Shown: positions 9,097-17,712 of the stretch, in pieces
Layout: each line of letters starts with the position of its first letter
How positions within the stretch are numbered: position 1 is the first letter of the stretch
Assembly: GCA_017860725.1 (NCBI GenBank)
Contig: JAGDMX010000011.1
Location: 1 to 39,151, forward strand
Reading direction: 5' to 3'
Length of the DNA: 39,151 bases
Source of the DNA: Chloroflexota bacterium
GTDB lineage: Bacteria > Chloroflexota > Anaerolineae > Anaerolineales > UBA4823
Made by a program: the position numbers and the translations under genes
The notes under the pieces: model-generated
Told to the model about the DNA's origin: nothing
Seen by the model: only the letters and a program-made list of their open reading frames with translations
Databases searched by the model: none

Positions 9097-9636
9097 GTGA
9101 TGTTGGAAAATAAGATCGTGGATCATCAAGTGCTGTTTGACAATCCGATGGCGCAGATTGTTGTCGATACCCTTGAGTACGGTGGATCGCGCCGCAAATA
9201 TTTCTATCTTTCCAGCCCGGTGAATGCTGTGGCAACGGTTGGTCTGACTGCGGAAAGTCAACTCATCCTGACCCGGCAGTACCGCCACCCGATCGGACAG
9301 GTAATTTACGACTTACCGGCTGGCAGATTGAATCCCGGCGAGGATCCGTTGGTAGGAGCGCGCCGAGAGTTTGAAGAGGAAACGGGCTATTTTCCTGAAC
9401 ATATTGAGCAGTTGGGGTATTACAATCAGTTTCCAGGTATGCTTCGGGCAGCAACAACCCTGTTTTTTGCTCGTAATTTGAAGCCTACCCGACAGAATCT
9501 TGACGAAGGTGAGGTCCTCGAACTAATCCACCTGCCGGTAGAGACTGTATTAAGAATGATTACACAAGGTGAGATCATCGACGGTTCGTTACAACTGGGA
9601 GTATTACTGGCCTGGCGAAAAGGATTGTTAGGCTGA
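9097..9636 (+). CDS. NUDIX hydrolase (ADP-ribose pyrophosphatase-like)
   Basis: 179-aa ORF. The Nudix box GRLNPGEDPLVGARREFEEETGY fits GX5EX7REUXEEXGU. The track start is GTG 9097; an ATG at 9100 directly follows. Confidence 0.85.
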   Translation: MMLENKIVDHQVLFDNPMAQIVVDTLEYGGSRRKYFYLSSPVNAVATVGLTAESQLILTRQYRHPIGQVIYDLPAGRLNPGEDPLVGARREFEEETGYFPEHIEQLGYYNQFPGMLRAATTLFFARNLKPTRQNLDEGEVLELIHLPVETVLRMITQGEIIDGSLQLGVLLAWRKGLLG

Positions 9637-9685
9637 TCGGGCAGCAATTTTGTAGATCATGAGCATATCTTCCAAGGAGTACCAC

Positions 9686-10645
9686 ATGGAATACCGCAAA
9701 TTGGGCAGAACAGGATTGAAAGTTTCCGAGCTGTGCATGGGCAGCATGCAGTTTGGCTGGACGGCAGATGAAGCCCTATCCTACCAGATCCTGGATACGG
9801 CATATGCAGCCGGGATCAACTTTATCGATACGGCCGATATCTACTCCCGATGGGTGACCGGCAATCCCGGCGGGGTAGCGGAGACGATCATCGGAAGCTG
9901 GCTGAAGCGCAGCAGTATCCCGCGCGAGCGCGTGGTGATTGCCACCAAAGTGCGTGGACGCATGGGGGATGGACCAAACGATGAAGGGCTGTCACGCGTG
10001 CATATCTACAATGCCGTGGAGGGATCTTTGCGCCGCCTGAATACAGATTATATCGACCTTTACCAGGCGCATTGGTCTGATGAGAACACTCCAATCGAGG
10101 AAACCCTGTCTGCCCTGACAGACCTGGTCCGGCAGGGGAAAGTCCGTTACATTGGCTGCTCAAATTATCCTGCCTGGCGGCTTACAGAAGCTGTGTGGAT
10201 TTCGCAGCAACATGGTTTTGCCCGCTTTGAATCGCTCCAGCCGCACTACAACCTGGTGCACCGCAAAGAGTTCGAGCAGGAGCTGCGTGAAGTCTGCCGC
10301 GCATACGGTATTGGTGTGATCCCTTACAGCCCGCTGGCAGCCGGCTTTCTAACTGGTAAGTATCGACCAGAACAGGAAACTGATAGCGCTCGTTTGGGTG
10401 GGGTAAAGCGATACTTTAATGAGCGCAATTTTGCGCTGCTAGATCGGCTGACAACTATGGGGCAGGAGAAAGGCGGATATACCACCTCGCAGGTAGCCCT
10501 GGCGTGGATGCTATCCGATCCCGTCATCACCAGCCCGATTATCGGGCCGCGTGCGATAGAACAGCTAGACGATAATTTAGGTGCTGTCGGATTGCGCTTG
10601 ACGGCTGAAGAAAAGGCAGAGCTAGATACAGCCAGCGTTTCATAA
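9686..10645 (+). CDS. Aldo/keto reductase
   Basis: The AKR signature runs throughout ([58 protein letters not shown]). I moved the start from the track position 9659 to ATG 9686, which is preceded by AAGGAG at 9674..9679. Confidence 0.9.
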   Translation: MEYRKLGRTGLKVSELCMGSMQFGWTADEALSYQILDTAYAAGINFIDTADIYSRWVTGNPGGVAETIIGSWLKRSSIPRERVVIATKVRGRMGDGPNDEGLSRVHIYNAVEGSLRRLNTDYIDLYQAHWSDENTPIEETLSALTDLVRQGKVRYIGCSNYPAWRLTEAVWISQQHGFARFESLQPHYNLVHRKEFEQELREVCRAYGIGVIPYSPLAAGFLTGKYRPEQETDSARLGGVKRYFNERNFALLDRLTTMGQEKGGYTTSQVALAWMLSDPVITSPIIGPRAIEQLDDNLGAVGLRLTAEEKAELDTASVS

Positions 10646-10807
10646 CTTGATCTGGTAAAATTGCATCCGAGCGCACCAATGGCGGGGAGTCCTTAACGCC
10701 GGGCGAACGGTGTACGGCGAAGGAAGGCACTCTATTTGCGAAGTCGATTGTAGCATTGGGTATTTACTATTAAGGATAATTCAACCGGATAATACTCATA
10801 GGTTGGC

Positions 10808-11710
10808 GTGATGATCCATACATTAGATCTCAATTTTATGGGGATAGTGGGGACAATTGCTGTATATATGCTCCCGCATAAAGATGGGGTAATCCTGATT
10901 GAGTGCGGTCCAGGTTCAACCATACCCGGCCTGAAATCAGCCCTGCAAGCTCATGGCTATAACGAAAAAGATGTGACGGATGTATTTTTAACCCACATCC
11001 ACCTGGATCATGCTGGGGCAGCAGGCTGGATGGCGCGCCAGGGCGCGCGCATCCACGTCCATCCCGCGGGGGCGCCACATCTGATCCAACCGGAAAAACT
11101 ACTGGCGAGCGCCGCACGCATTTATGGCAGTATGATGGAAACCCTGTGGGGGGAATTCCTGCCAGTTCCGGCAGATCGTCTGGTTGTACTGCAAGACCGG
11201 GAACAAGTTGAGATCGACGGCATTTGCCTGCAGGCGATTGATACACCAGGCCATGCCAATCACCATTTTGCTTACATAGGCGAAGATACCTGCTTCTGTG
11301 GAGATATCGGCGGGGTGCGCCTGCAAGGCAGCCGGCATTTACGCCTGCCGATGCCACCGCCTGAATTTAACCTGGAGAGCTGGCGGGCGAGTGTCGGCAA
11401 ATTAAAAACGGAATATAAGAAAGAACGCTTTAGTCGCATCGCCCCCACGCACTTTGGAATTCACACCGACCCCGAATGGCATATTCCGGCTCTCAAGCGA
11501 ATTTTAGATGAGATAGAGACCTGGATCGAGAAAATCATGCCCTCCGACCCTTCATTGGATGTGCTTAATGACTACTTTCTAGATTGGGTGCGCAAGAAAG
11601 CACAGGCAGATGGGATGGATTCAACCTCGACAAATGGTTATGAGGCCGCTAATCCTTCCTGGATGTCAGCGGCAGGCATCCAAAGATACTGGCGCAAGAA
11701 CCGCGCGTGA
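10808..11710 (+). CDS. MBL-fold metallo-hydrolase
   Basis: 300-aa ORF. It has the HxHxDH motif LTHIHLDHAGAAG plus TPGHANHH and CGD. The start is GTG 10808 or ATG 10811. It converges on proS with only a 6-nt gap. Confidence 0.85.
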   Translation: MMIHTLDLNFMGIVGTIAVYMLPHKDGVILIECGPGSTIPGLKSALQAHGYNEKDVTDVFLTHIHLDHAGAAGWMARQGARIHVHPAGAPHLIQPEKLLASAARIYGSMMETLWGEFLPVPADRLVVLQDREQVEIDGICLQAIDTPGHANHHFAYIGEDTCFCGDIGGVRLQGSRHLRLPMPPPEFNLESWRASVGKLKTEYKKERFSRIAPTHFGIHTDPEWHIPALKRILDEIETWIEKIMPSDPSLDVLNDYFLDWVRKKAQADGMDSTSTNGYEAANPSWMSAAGIQRYWRKNRA

Positions 11711-11716
11711 AATCCA

Positions 11717-13543
11717 TCAATCCGGGTAAGGGATAGTCTTCACAAGACTATTGATTTCCGCCTCCATTTTCGCAATCTCCGTTTTTACAAAGGTTATGGT
11801 CTCGGTCAGGAGAATAATTTGGCGCTCAGCTTGATCGCGGCGCTTGACCTCTACCCCACCTTGCTTGAGAGCACGCTCACTAACGGTCAGGCGCAGTGGT
11901 ATACCGATCAGATCGGCATCGTTGAATTTAACCCCGGGTGATTCTTCCCGATCATCGAATAGCACTTCTATCCCGGCGTCGACCAGGTCGCTGTAAAGCT
12001 GGTTTGCCAGGATATCGGTGTCACTGCTGCTTCGACCAAGCAGGGCTACCAGGTGCACCTGGTAAGGAGCGATGGTGATTGGCCACTTCAGGCCATATTC
12101 ATCGTGATGTTGCTCTGCAACACATGCCAGTAAGCGACCACTGCCGATCCCGTATGAACCCATGATAACCGGTTTTTCCTGCCCATCTGGGTCGGTATAG
12201 GTACACCCCAAGGCATCGCTGAAATTTGTGCCGAGCTTAAAAATATTGCCAACCTCGACGCCGCGCACGGTGCGCATGCTTGCTGCGCAGTTTGGGCAGG
12301 CATCTCCCTCTCCGGCGGCGGCAATGTCGGCGGTGATTTCGGCGGTGTAGTCCCTGCCAAAATTCACGTTACGCAGGTGATAACCCTCCAGGTTTGCTCC
12401 AGCTACCAGGTTGGGTGAACTTGGAATCAGATCATCTACAACCACAACGAATGGTCGAGTGCTGGCGGTGTTTTGATTAATCCCCATTAGGCCGATCGGA
12501 GAAGCGTAGCCTGGCACAGCGCCAATGGCGCGAATTTCCTCTTCGGTTGCCGGGCGCAGGGCAGTGGCACCCAGCGCATTGGCCAGTTTGGTATCATTTA
12601 CATCCATGTCCCCGCGGATGATGGCAAAGACAAAACGCTCCAGTTTCGGTGCTGTGGATGGCTTACCGGGTGTTGTGTTCGTCGGAAAGGTCGCCATCAC
12701 GAATACTGCCTTGGCAGTTTTTTCTCTTGGGATATTGAGGAAATTAGCCAGCTCCTCGATTGTCTTTGCTCCTGGTGTTGCGACTTTTTCCAGCGGCAGA
12801 GCAGGTTCGTCCTTTGCGGCCGGTTTTTGGAAGCGGGCGATCTGGCGGTTGGCAGCATAACCACAGTTCTCGCAGATCAGCAGGGTATCTTCCCCGGCTG
12901 GCGTCAGGTACATAAATTCGTGAGCCATCTGGCCGCCCATCATGCCAACATCCGATTTCACCGCGATGACCGGCAACCCACAGCGTTGAAATATGTTGTA
13001 GTAAGCTTGGTAATGCTGGCGATATTGCTGATCGAGGCCATCCCAGTCGGCATCCAGGCTGTAGCTGTCTTTCATCGTGAATTCTCGCACCCGGATTAAA
13101 CCGGCGCGCGGGCGGGGATCGTCTCGGAACTTGGTCTGGATGTGGTAAATCAAGCGCGGTAGCTGGCGGTAGGAGCGCACCTCGCGGCGCACCAGGTCGG
13201 CGACAACCTCTTCATGTGTCATAGCCAGCACCATGTCCCGGTTGTTGCGATCCTTGAAGCGCCCCATTTCAGCATCGATGCGGTACCAGCGGCCGGTCTC
13301 TTGCCACAGCTCCGCCGGGTGAACCACCGGCATCGTCATTTCCTGACCGCCGATACGGTCCATCTCTTCCCTCAGGATGTTCTCGATCTTATTCAGAGAA
13401 CGGCGGGCTAACGGCAGGTAGCTGAAGATCCCGGCAGCCAGCTGGCGAATAAATCCTGCTCGCAGCAGAAGTTGATGGCTGGCAATCTCCGCTTCGGATG
13501 GCGCCTCGCGTAGAGTCTGGCCAAAGAGCTGTGACATTCTCAT
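11717..13543 (-). CDS. proS: Proline--tRNA ligase (bacterial type with INS editing domain)
   Basis: 608-aa ORF. The N-terminus MRMSQLFGQTLREAPSEAEIASHQLLLRAGFIRQLAAGIFSYLPL is typical of ProS, as are the class II motifs (FRDDPRPRAGLIRVREF, GSYGIG). The length fits the insertion-domain form. GAGGAG RBS. Confidence 0.95.
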   Translation of the reverse strand: MRMSQLFGQTLREAPSEAEIASHQLLLRAGFIRQLAAGIFSYLPLARRSLNKIENILREEMDRIGGQEMTMPVVHPAELWQETGRWYRIDAEMGRFKDRNNRDMVLAMTHEEVVADLVRREVRSYRQLPRLIYHIQTKFRDDPRPRAGLIRVREFTMKDSYSLDADWDGLDQQYRQHYQAYYNIFQRCGLPVIAVKSDVGMMGGQMAHEFMYLTPAGEDTLLICENCGYAANRQIARFQKPAAKDEPALPLEKVATPGAKTIEELANFLNIPREKTAKAVFVMATFPTNTTPGKPSTAPKLERFVFAIIRGDMDVNDTKLANALGATALRPATEEEIRAIGAVPGYASPIGLMGINQNTASTRPFVVVVDDLIPSSPNLVAGANLEGYHLRNVNFGRDYTAEITADIAAAGEGDACPNCAASMRTVRGVEVGNIFKLGTNFSDALGCTYTDPDGQEKPVIMGSYGIGSGRLLACVAEQHHDEYGLKWPITIAPYQVHLVALLGRSSSDTDILANQLYSDLVDAGIEVLFDDREESPGVKFNDADLIGIPLRLTVSERALKQGGVEVKRRDQAERQIILLTETITFVKTEIAKMEAEINSLVKTIPYPD

Positions 13544-13560
13544 GGTTATTCTCCTCAGAC

Positions 13561-13595
13561 AAAATAAACACCCTCCGGGCTATCTCCGGAGGGTG
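13561..13595 (-). terminator. Intrinsic-terminator hairpin inside the proS 5' leader (attenuator candidate)
   Basis: The reverse strand reads CACCCTCCGG-agatagc-CCGGAGGGTG, a 10-bp stem with a 7-nt loop, followed directly by TTTATTTTGT. It ends about 5 nt before the GAGGAG RBS of proS. Confidence 0.55.
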
Positions 13596-13719
13596 GTGGA
13601 TGATTTTTGTAAATCTATCGAACCAACCCAAAACGACCGGGAGCCCAAAGTAGCTTGCGGCTGGTAGGAGCAGGGGACGGGCATGGCGTGAGGATAGAGC
13701 TCGATATCATAGTTGACGT

Positions 13720-13748
13720 AGTTTACCCGTCGTAGCAAGGAATGTCAA
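13720..13748 (-). promoter_or_regulatory. Candidate promoter of the proS leader (TTGACA-N17-TAAACT)
   Basis: On the reverse strand, TTGACA (13748..13743) is followed by a 17-nt spacer and TAAACT (13725..13720). This gives a leader of about 170 nt. Confidence 0.45.
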
Positions 13749-13750
13749 GA

Positions 13751-13830
13751 TTAACGTGAATTCGGGATAAAAGGTTTTTATTGGGTTTATTTTGGGCGGC
13801 GCAGCCACCACAAAACACCTAACCCCCTAA
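13751..13830 (-). repeat. Intergenic repeat family, copy A (one well-conserved arm, partner arm degenerate)
   Basis: The reverse strand reads AGGTGTTTTG...ATAAACCCAATAAAAACCTTTTATCCCGAATTCACGTTAA. The final 24 nt are identical to copy C (34601..34624), and the ATAAACCCAA core occurs in all three copies. Confidence 0.55.
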
Positions 13831-13844
13831 TTTTGAGATGAGTT

Positions 13845-15047
13845 CTAGTATCTCATCGGATCTCCATCTGGATTGGCGACCTGCTCTGCTGCCCGTTCGA
13901 CCGCTCGGTAGACTTCTCGCAAGGGTACGCCGTGTTGCTCGGCTAGCGCCCGGCAGTCTTCATACTCCGGTGCAAATTTGGTATTCTTCGGATTCAAGCG
14001 GGCAAACTTAACCCTAGCGCGGCCGTATGGCGTCTCCAATACCTGCACGAACCGCTGGAGTGCCTGCCTTTCCACAGTTTGTTTGCGAATACCCAGCGTG
14101 CTGGTCTCGGCGAACAGGATGGCGCATAATTCATCTGCTGCCGGAGGCGGGCAGAGTACCGAAAGCAATATCCCAGGGCGGTTTTTTTTCATCTGCACCG
14201 GTTGGAGGAAGACATCCAAGGCTCCGGATTGAAACAGGCGGTTCATCATAAAGTCGTATATTTGTGGATTAAGATCATCGACGTTGGTTTCCAATAAAGC
14301 CAGGGTCTCGATGGTGGCTTGTATACTGGATTCTGCTTGCTCACCAATCAGCACACGCATCACATTGGGGATGGGTAAATCTCGCCCTCCAGCGCCATAC
14401 CCAATGGACAGCAGTTTCATCGAGGGGATTGCACCAAAGCTGTGCGTAATCGAGCTCAGAATCGCCGCGCCGGTTGGTGTTACGAGCTCAAATTCCAGTT
14501 CGCTGCCGGTGACCGGCACTCCTTTGAGGAGAGCTAAAGTGGCTGGAGCAGGCAGCGGCAGGTGCCCGTGGGCGCTACGGGTGAAACCACGCCCCAGGGG
14601 CAGGGGTGAGGCAAAGATGGCTTCTATTCCCAACAGTTCCAACCCAATGAGTGCACCGGCAATATCAACGATCGCATCCAGGCCACCTAATTCGTGCAGG
14701 TGCACCTGATCAACAGGCACGCCATGAATGCTGGCTTCTACCTCGCCCAGCCGCCGGCAGATCGCACTCGATCTCACCCGGACTCTCTCCGGGAGCTTGC
14801 TATCCGCTAACAACTTCAGAATCTCTCCCAAAGTGCGCTCTATAACGTCGTCCTCGATTAGAACATCGACTTTGATCGCCCTCAGCCCGTTTTTATTGAC
14901 CGGGTAAGTATTCATGTCAAAGCCGGCTAGATTTAATGTTGCCAGCCCTTGACGCAAGTCAGCTTCTGACAGCCCGGCGTCTAGCAGCGCCCCCAGAATC
15001 ATATCTCCGCTGGCACCTGCAATACAATCGAAATATGCGATTTTCAT
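13845..15047 (-). CDS. larC: Nickel-pincer cofactor biosynthesis protein LarC (nickel insertion, DUF111 family)
   Basis: 400-aa ORF. The N-terminus MKIAYFDCIAGASGDMILGALLDAG is characteristic of LarC/DUF111. It is a single ORF with no LarC1/LarC2 split. Confidence 0.9.
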   Translation of the reverse strand: MKIAYFDCIAGASGDMILGALLDAGLSEADLRQGLATLNLAGFDMNTYPVNKNGLRAIKVDVLIEDDVIERTLGEILKLLADSKLPERVRVRSSAICRRLGEVEASIHGVPVDQVHLHELGGLDAIVDIAGALIGLELLGIEAIFASPLPLGRGFTRSAHGHLPLPAPATLALLKGVPVTGSELEFELVTPTGAAILSSITHSFGAIPSMKLLSIGYGAGGRDLPIPNVMRVLIGEQAESSIQATIETLALLETNVDDLNPQIYDFMMNRLFQSGALDVFLQPVQMKKNRPGILLSVLCPPPAADELCAILFAETSTLGIRKQTVERQALQRFVQVLETPYGRARVKFARLNPKNTKFAPEYEDCRALAEQHGVPLREVYRAVERAAEQVANPDGDPMRY

Positions 15048-15050
15048 CGG

Positions 15051-15884
15051 CTATCCCTGGCGGTCAATGTGTCGATCCTGTTGAACGTTCTCAGCTCTGC
15101 TGTCTTCTAAGCGTCTGAGTATCAGGTGTGCGATCTGACCAGCCCCAAAACCGTTGTCAATGTTGACCACTGCTACCCCAGGTGCGCAGGAGCTTAGCAT
15201 CGCCAGCAAGGCTGCCAGTCCATTAAAGCTGGCGCCGTAACCAATACTGGTGGGCACACCGATCACCGGGCAGGATACCAGACCGGCGACTACGCTGGTC
15301 ATGGCACCCTCCATCCCGGCTACCGAAATCACCACATCGGCATTCAGCAGCATTTGGTGCTTGTCCAACAGGCGATGCAGACCGGCAACCCCGACATCGT
15401 ACGATCTCTGGACGCGGCTGCCGAAGAATTCCAGGGTCTGGGCGGCTTCTTCGGCCACCGGTAAATCGGATGACCCGGCGCTGAGCACCGCGGCATAGGG
15501 GGCGTTTTCCGAGACGGATGGCGGGTTCCCTCTACTCAGTGTGATCAGGCGAGAGACCGGATCGTAATGTGCTGCAGGCAACTGGCCCTGGATTTCAACT
15601 GCCATCTCTGGATTTACACGAGTTCCCATTACCCGGTCGTGATGCTGCCACAGTCGCCCCAGGATCGTTGCTGCCTGGTCGCTGGATTTACTCTGGCAGA
15701 AGACGACTTCTGGCAGACCGGTGCGCAAGGCGCGATGCAGATCGAGACGGGCAATGCCAATATCCTCGTAAGGCAGCACGCGCAGGCGCTCCATAGCCTG
15801 ATCAACGGATAAGTCTCCGCTCTGCACATCCTGGAGCAACTGTTGGAGTTTATCGGTGTCCATGCTTGGGCAGAAAAGCTTCAT
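15051..15884 (-). CDS. larB: Nickel-pincer cofactor biosynthesis protein LarB (PurE-like NaAD carboxylase/hydrolase)
   Basis: 277-aa ORF. The core is PurE/AIR-carboxylase-like (VISVAGMEGAMTSVVAGLVSCPVIGVPTSIGYG). The N-terminal LLQDVQSGDLSVDQAMERL resembles LarB. An ATG at 15863 (MDTDKLQQ) may be the true start. Confidence 0.88.
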   Translation of the reverse strand: MKLFCPSMDTDKLQQLLQDVQSGDLSVDQAMERLRVLPYEDIGIARLDLHRALRTGLPEVVFCQSKSSDQAATILGRLWQHHDRVMGTRVNPEMAVEIQGQLPAAHYDPVSRLITLSRGNPPSVSENAPYAAVLSAGSSDLPVAEEAAQTLEFFGSRVQRSYDVGVAGLHRLLDKHQMLLNADVVISVAGMEGAMTSVVAGLVSCPVIGVPTSIGYGASFNGLAALLAMLSSCAPGVAVVNIDNGFGAGQIAHLILRRLEDSRAENVQQDRHIDRQG

Positions 15885-16689
15885 TCAGGCTTCCCGAGCG
15901 AAATCCAGCCAGGTCGAGGGTTACATATAAGTAACCGGCAGCCTTGACAGCTTGAACAATGGCGTCACGCATTGCAAGGATTTCAGGGAAATCTTCAGGT
16001 TGGACCTCAATACGAGCTACTTGGTCATGGTGGCGCACACGCAGTTGGCGGAAGCCCATTAGATGCAGGCTGCGTTCAGCTTGCTCGACCTGGCTGAGCA
16101 TTTCCAGGCTGATGTGTGTGCCGTATGGAATACGCGACGACAGGCAGGCCGCCGCAGGTTTATCCCAATTGGGCAGCCCAACCTGGCGCGCCAACCGGCG
16201 AATATCATCTTTAGAGAATCCTGCTTCCAATAGCGGGCTGCGCACTCCCCGCTCGCGGGCAGCCTGGCGACCAGGGCGATGATCCAGGGCATCATCGGCG
16301 TTCGTGCCATCTGCGAGGCAGTCATAACCATGCTGCCGGGCATAGTCGATCAGGCGGTCGTAGACCTCCGTCTTGCAAAAATAGCAGCGCTGGGGAGTAT
16401 TTTCCAGGTACAGCGGGTCATCCGTTTCATGGCTCTCGATCAAAATATGCTGGACACCGATATGTCGGGCGACCGCTTCAGCCTCTGCCCGCTCGTCGTT
16501 TGCAAGGCTGGCTGAAATTGCTGTAAGGGCGATAACGTCCTGACCTAATACATCATGAGCGACCTTCAATAGCAGGCTGCTGTCTGTTCCGCCCGAATAA
16601 GCCACCGCCAGGCGTTTCAAAGAACGGAGAATGTCTTGTAGCAAGGTTATTTTTTCTGTATCCATAACTTCTCGTTGGGGGTCACTCAA
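15850..16689 (-). CDS. larE: ATP-dependent sulfur transferase LarE (PP-loop ATP pyrophosphatase)
   Basis: 279-aa ORF with the PP-loop AYSGGTDSS and a conserved AACLSSRIPYG Cys motif. An additional CYFC pair is present. The track start is TTG 16689; an ATG at 16665 (MDTEKITLL) gives a more typical N-terminus. Confidence 0.88.
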   Translation of the reverse strand: MSDPQREVMDTEKITLLQDILRSLKRLAVAYSGGTDSSLLLKVAHDVLGQDVIALTAISASLANDERAEAEAVARHIGVQHILIESHETDDPLYLENTPQRCYFCKTEVYDRLIDYARQHGYDCLADGTNADDALDHRPGRQAARERGVRSPLLEAGFSKDDIRRLARQVGLPNWDKPAAACLSSRIPYGTHISLEMLSQVEQAERSLHLMGFRQLRVRHHDQVARIEVQPEDFPEILAMRDAIVQAVKAAGYLYVTLDLAGFRSGSLNEAFLPKHGHR

Positions 16690-16743
16690 CTGACACCGTG
16701 ATCCCTGGCATAAACAAAATACCTATAAATGGGGCTATTATAA

Positions 16744-17688
16744 TCAATAGGTTCTTTCGCGCCGATCCATACGGTGCAGCCCGGCGGTATGGGCTAGGTC
16801 GACGGCCTGTTGAAATTCCTGTGATTTTATGGGGTGATTTAATTTCGGGTAGAGTCGAGCCTGAAATGCCGGGCGATACTGGTCCATCAGGTTCAGGTAG
16901 GTATCTTTGGATACGCGCTCGGCCAGGAAATTGACAATTTCGGCGGTGCCGGCCAGGCCATTGGGCAGCACCAGGTGCCGTAGCAGCAGGCCGCGCTGTG
17001 CCAGGCCGCGCTCGTTAATCTGCAGATCACCCACCTGACGGTGCATCTCCAACACGGCAGCCTGGTTGATTTCCGGGTAGTGGGGGGCTTTTGAATAATA
17101 ACGAGCGATCTGGTCGCTGGCATACTTCATATCCGGCATATAGATATCGATGATGCCATCCAGTAACCTCAACATTTCCAGCGTGTCAAATCCTCCGGTA
17201 TTGTAAACCAGCGGCAGGTGCAGCCCATTGTGAGCGGCAAGATCCACCGCTGCCAGAATCTGTGGCACCACATGAGTTGGGGTTACAAGGTTGATGTTGT
17301 GGCAGCCCGCCTGCTGCAGCTTCAGCATGATGGCAGCCAGCTCTCCTGTATCGACTTCTTCGCCGGTATCTAGCTGGCTTATCTCATAATTCTGGCAGAA
17401 CTGGCAGTGCAGACTGCAACCGGTAAAAAAGATCGTCCCGGAACCACGCCAGCCCCGAAGCGGATCCTCTTCGCCGAGATGAGGGCCATAACCGCTAATC
17501 CGGGCGTGTTCACCGGTGCGGCAGATGCCGCGCTCGCCGACCAGGCGGTTTTTCTTACATTTCCTGGGACAGCAATCGCAGTGTTCCAGATGTAAGGAAG
17601 CTAACTGAGCGCGCTTGCCGAGTTCTCCGCTATCGAGCAGGTTTAGGTAGGCGGGTTTCCAGTGATTGACCATCAATTGATTACTCAC
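16744..17688 (-). CDS. Radical SAM protein, PflX-like (pyruvate formate-lyase activase-related, no known partner)
   Basis: 314-aa ORF. It has the CxxxCxxC motif GCSLHCQFCQNYEIS preceded by GSGTIFFTG. An extra N-terminal Cys cluster reads HCDCCPRKC...GICRTG. GTG start (an ATG at 17673 is an alternative). Confidence 0.8.
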   Translation of the reverse strand: MSNQLMVNHWKPAYLNLLDSGELGKRAQLASLHLEHCDCCPRKCKKNRLVGERGICRTGEHARISGYGPHLGEEDPLRGWRGSGTIFFTGCSLHCQFCQNYEISQLDTGEEVDTGELAAIMLKLQQAGCHNINLVTPTHVVPQILAAVDLAAHNGLHLPLVYNTGGFDTLEMLRLLDGIIDIYMPDMKYASDQIARYYSKAPHYPEINQAAVLEMHRQVGDLQINERGLAQRGLLLRHLVLPNGLAGTAEIVNFLAERVSKDTYLNLMDQYRPAFQARLYPKLNHPIKSQEFQQAVDLAHTAGLHRMDRRERTY

Positions 17689-17712
17689 CGATACTGGGAT
17701 TCAGTGCAGCCA

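Noticed and set aside
9659-9685. The upstream extension of the aldo-keto reductase ORF (MSISSKEYH).
   Set aside because: The AAGGAG RBS lies inside this extension, 6 nt before the ATG at 9686. The family N-terminus (MEYRKLG) begins there.
13600-13640. A canonical T-box antiterminator sequence upstream of proS.
   Set aside because: GGGUUGGUUCG only loosely resembles GGGUGGNACCGCG, and I could find no specifier-loop, AG-bulge or distal-loop motifs. I kept it only as a hypothesis for a covariance-model test.
13580-13684. A 34-codon ORF in the proS leader (MPVPCSYQPQATLGSRSFWVGSIDLQKSSTTLRR*) that ends in the terminator loop. I considered it as a proline-codon leader peptide.
   Set aside because: It has only 3 Pro codons, none in tandem, and no Shine-Dalgarno sequence upstream of the ATG. 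Leader-peptide attenuation is therefore not supported.
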